A DNA stretch of 64,000 bases, filler included, from Asterionella formosa (taxonomy: Eukaryota), in assembly GCA_002256025.1 (NCBI GenBank). It is 14 parts of 14 records of this genome, joined end to end, with 100 filler letters (N's around TTAATTAATTAA, not from the genome) between each part and the next. Parts side by side here need not be neighbours in the genome. Positions count along the whole stretch, not along the records: positions 60,667 to 61,724 come from NKIB01004626.1; positions 61,825 to 62,882 come from NKIB01004627.1; positions 62,983 to 64,000 come from NKIB01004762.1; 11 more parts are not named here. The stretch is one strand, 5' to 3'. Numbering within the stretch: position 1 is the first letter of the stretch; each line of letters opens with the position of its first letter. Under the pieces are notes generated by a model that made no database searches, was not told the DNA's origin, and saw nothing but the letters and a program-made list of their open reading frames with translations. Positions 60,668 through 64,000 of the stretch are shown in pieces. The translations under genes and the position numbers were made by a program.

Positions 60668-60832
60668 ATCGATCCGGAAAGTGGGGAACTCATTCGTCTC
60701 ACAGTAGCCGAAAAGGAGCGTATCTTTCTGGACGCGCTTCAGTCCTACGATGCCACTGGAAGGCAAATGCTCAAGGATGACGAGTTTGACCTACCGGTAT
60801 TGAAGGAAGATTTGCAATGGAACGGATCTGAG
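60668..60832 (+). pseudogene. PGRL1: PGRL1 (PGR5-like 1) fragment with a 6-nt insertion
   Basis: EKERIFLDALQSY...DDEFDL[PV]LKEDLQWNGS matches the PGRL1 motif EFD.LKE.L.W.GS. Homology ends at 60832, followed by a stop. Confidence 0.8.
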
Positions 60833-61841
60833 CATATATATAGCTAAAACAAGGAAAGACGACATTACAATGAACGTGATGGCTGGTTTTTGAGGATACC
60901 GGTATGTGATATGCATCAATCCATATCACAAATCATATTATAGTGATGTACATATCAACGCATCTGTATACTTAGATCCTATCCACTGTATAATACTATC
61001 ATATTAACTGTTGACTTTAACTGTATATATTAAACGACAAACATATATATTAATTAACATACTTTATGATTGCTTGATTTATATTCTGTGATGTATCGAT
61101 AACACTTGCGTACATATTTTATCGTATTTTATTGTCATTGTACTATTTTTACATGATCATATTTTGATCAAAATTATATCATATTTATTTCATAAAATCA
61201 TCATAATTTTAGGATCAATGTATCATAGCTATGTGATGTACTTTATTCAATATTACGTATCATACTTCGGTGATGTATGCATCGATGTAACCTTATCATG
61301 ATATCACAGTATCATCTTATCAATCATGATGAGATGATTGGGAAGCAACTGTATTCTGCATCGTGCTACAGGGTATATTATTATATCACGCAATTTAGTA
61401 GCGAAGTCACTCCGCCTGTAATGTACTAAAGTCGACAGTGCACATACCGGGTACCGGTACTCAAACGCTAATCAGGTTTGAGGCAACGGACAGTGGTTCC
61501 AACGAGCGAATGATGATACCACGGGTACCAATTTTTCCAACGAAAGAACTTGTCTCTCTATTGATGAGGATGACACGGACACGGACACCGACTTTTTCAG
61601 GAGCAAACAACAATGAAGAGACCCACTTGTCGCTCTATTGATGGTAACAAAGATACGGACAAGTTCAACAGTGAATACAAGAACAACATACCATTGAAAA
61701 CAAGTCGACAGTGTGTGCACGCACNNNNNNNNNNNNNNNNNNNNNNNNNNNNNNNNNNNNNNNNNNNNTTAATTAATTAANNNNNNNNNNNNNNNNNNNN
61801 NNNNNNNNNNNNNNNNNNNNNNNNTCACAGATCACTGATAT

Positions 61842-62882
61842 TCATACTTCAATGTTGGAATCTGGCAAGCCAAAGTCAAATGAATTTAACTCGTCCTCAC
61901 AATCTGACCAAGACCCACCCATGCCGCTACTGCATATGGTGAGTATCACCATGTTGTCACGATCAACAACCCAGTCCTCAATCAATTTGAGCGTCTCCAC
62001 TTGCGACATTCCTGTAGTGTCCGTATCTCCAATTTTCAAGATTCGATCGCCAGTAAAGATGCGATCAATCAATGGTGACGTAAAGTTCACCGCCACGACG
62101 TATGGATGACCCCTGACACCAGCGCTACCAAGGTGTAGACCCAATTTTTCATCCTTTCCTGAAGAAGCAAAGGAAACTTCCCGAACCACCTTGGGAGCCA
62201 TCCACATTTCTTCAAATGGAATTCTGGCAATAAAACGTTCTGTATTCATTAATTGATTGGATTTGTTCGATCCCATGCTCTCGGAGTTATGAGATCCGTC
62301 CTTGTCAGAAGGAGTGTACCCAAGTGTAGAGGAGTACGCGCTTGTTGAGATTTGAACGACATCTGCCAAGTGTTCACCGATCAATGCCTCGTCGTCAATG
62401 TTACTAAATGTGCTGTGAAGAGACCCGTGAGGAGAACGCCCTTCATCATACAGCAAAGTGGTCAACGCCGTGTGTTGAGAGACTCTATTTTCATCCGACA
62501 ATTCCGTAATTACTGACGAATTTGAAATGCCAGACATTTTGTCTTGGACGACTCCAAAAGAGTAGTTTATAGACTCAGTCATAGTTGAGATTCGAGAGAT
62601 TGACGAATCGTCGGGATTCTCTTCTACTGCCGTGGTAAAATTACCCGACGACTTGTCTTGGACAACAGCATGTGAGTAGTTAGAGTAAGAAGGGACATCC
62701 AGAATAGACGGGGTCATGGTCGAGATTCGGGAGATCGAAAAAGCATCGGGATCCTCGTAGGGTTCTACTTCTCCCTCGGTCAATAGCAGCGGAGGGAGAA
62801 CATGAGAATGTGGCACTGACTGCTGAGTTTGACCGTAGAAACTACTTCCAGATGATGTTGTTCCAGAAATGGTGTCTCGGTC
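61842..62882 (-). CDS. C-terminal part of a PDZ-domain protein; 5' partial
   Basis: KLGL...PYVVAVNFTSPL..RIFTGDRILKIG. Internal duplicated SISRISTMT...VVQDK segment. Confidence 0.75.
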   Translation of the reverse strand, partial: DRDTISGTTSSGSSFYGQTQQSVPHSHVLPPLLLTEGEVEPYEDPDAFSISRISTMTPSILDVPSYSNYSHAVVQDKSSGNFTTAVEENPDDSSISRISTMTESINYSFGVVQDKMSGISNSSVITELSDENRVSQHTALTTLLYDEGRSPHGSLHSTFSNIDDEALIGEHLADVVQISTSAYSSTLGYTPSDKDGSHNSESMGSNKSNQLMNTERFIARIPFEEMWMAPKVVREVSFASSGKDEKLGLHLGSAGVRGHPYVVAVNFTSPLIDRIFTGDRILKIGDTDTTGMSQVETLKLIEDWVVDRDNMVILTICSSGMGGSWSDCEDELNSFDFGLPDSNIEV

Positions 62883-62982
62883 NNNNNNNNNNNNNNNNNN
62901 NNNNNNNNNNNNNNNNNNNNNNNNNNTTAATTAATTAANNNNNNNNNNNNNNNNNNNNNNNNNNNNNNNNNNNNNNNNNNNN

Positions 62983-64000
62983 CCACCAACGCTCAGAGCT
63001 TGATCTCAAACCATATAGTGCTTTTCGGATGAGAATGATTGATCCCCTCAACTCCTCTCCAAATTCTGGTCCAGCACGGGAGTATACTAGCTCATTAGTG
63101 TATGCATTGACGTAAGCATTTCCAACATCGCCACAAAGCAGCTTCAAGTTCTGCTTGTGTGCAATCACATGTAGCATTCTAACACTTATGCCTTTCACAG
63201 TTGAAGAGTAAATAGATGTCCGCCAGTCACAAGTCTTGCCTTGCGCTGTAGATCTTGTTTGACATCAAAGATCACTGTCAGTGTTGTCCATTGATATCCG
63301 ACTCCAGGGTTAAAATCTGGCTTCTTAAATTCAAAACATTCCATTTCGACAAGTGAGGAGATTTCATGTTTGATTGCCTCTTGCCAGAATGTGTTTCCAC
63401 TTTGCTTGTCCAATTCCATTGCATGGGTGACATTTCGTGGGACCGCAATGCCATACTTGAGAATTTGCTTCCTAATCTTAGGATGCTTCTTCTTTCTTAT
63501 GTCGGCACGCCTCACTGTGTACACCTGATCACATCCATCAAAATGAAGCTCATATAACCTTGCAATTCTTCGGACAGCTCCTTTAATGTCTCGAACTATT
63601 TTCTTTGCCCATGGCATGACTCTATCCAGGCGTTTGGAACGACTGACATTATTGTCTACAATGTATTGTGCTGTCATGTTTGGATGGTCAAGCTTCAAGT
63701 CCTGAAATGATTCCCAGGAGACATTTTCAGTATCCCAGTGCACATCCAACTCAAGTTGCCCGGCCTTCCAGCGATGCGCTCGAATATCAGTTACCCTGGA
63801 ACCACTCATCTTTGTTGCCTCTGTATGCTCTTCAGCTAGCTCATTATTGATCTCATCACACATTTCAATGTCATGTGTTGCGTCAAGTGGATCAAAGTCG
63901 AACTCAACATCATCGGTGTTGGATGGTGGATTTTTTGATATGTTGTTGTCTACTTCTGTTGTAGTGCATTGCTCGTTGTCTACTTCTGTTGTAGTGCATT
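62983..64000 (-). mobile_element. Ty1/Copia (CoDi-type) pol fragment: chromo-like segment then RT, frameshift at about 63198
   Basis: KYGIAVPRNV..A..LD...GNT.W, KARLV.GGH, DVGNAY, KALYGL. 30-bp repeat (QCTTTEVDNE) at 63945-64000. Confidence 0.9.

Overview
Eukaryotic nuclear DNA, most likely a diatom (inferred from ASAFAP-type bipartite plastid signals, CoDi-type Copia elements, CryptonS-like remnants and short GT-AG introns). The window is not one locus. Thirteen 100-nt N/TTAATTAATTAA/N linkers join three ~17-kb and eleven ~1-kb unrelated contigs, so adjacency across linkers has no biological meaning. Recognisable genes: PEX1, a PH-domain PI4-kinase, an E2F factor, a plastid RRM protein, an SLC35C2-like transporter, an alpha/beta-hydrolase-like protein, a plastid-targeted K+ channel, leishmanolysin and CCT8, plus PIF/Harbinger, Copia and Crypton-like elements. 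Two observations stand out. (1) Intergenic DNA is rich in stacked TA-[CCAG/CTGG/CCGG/CCAGG/CCTGG]-TA units that look like repeated excision footprints of TA-targeting elements with CC...GG termini. The window contains candidate donor mini-elements, an occupied-versus-footprint pair of paralogous sites, and an in-frame CCGGTA insertion in a PGRL1 fragment. (2) The two well-supported PEX1 introns each carry a dual-guide box C/D snoRNA complementary to conserved 18S rRNA segments. All family assignments and rRNA numbering come from recalled motifs, not database searches.
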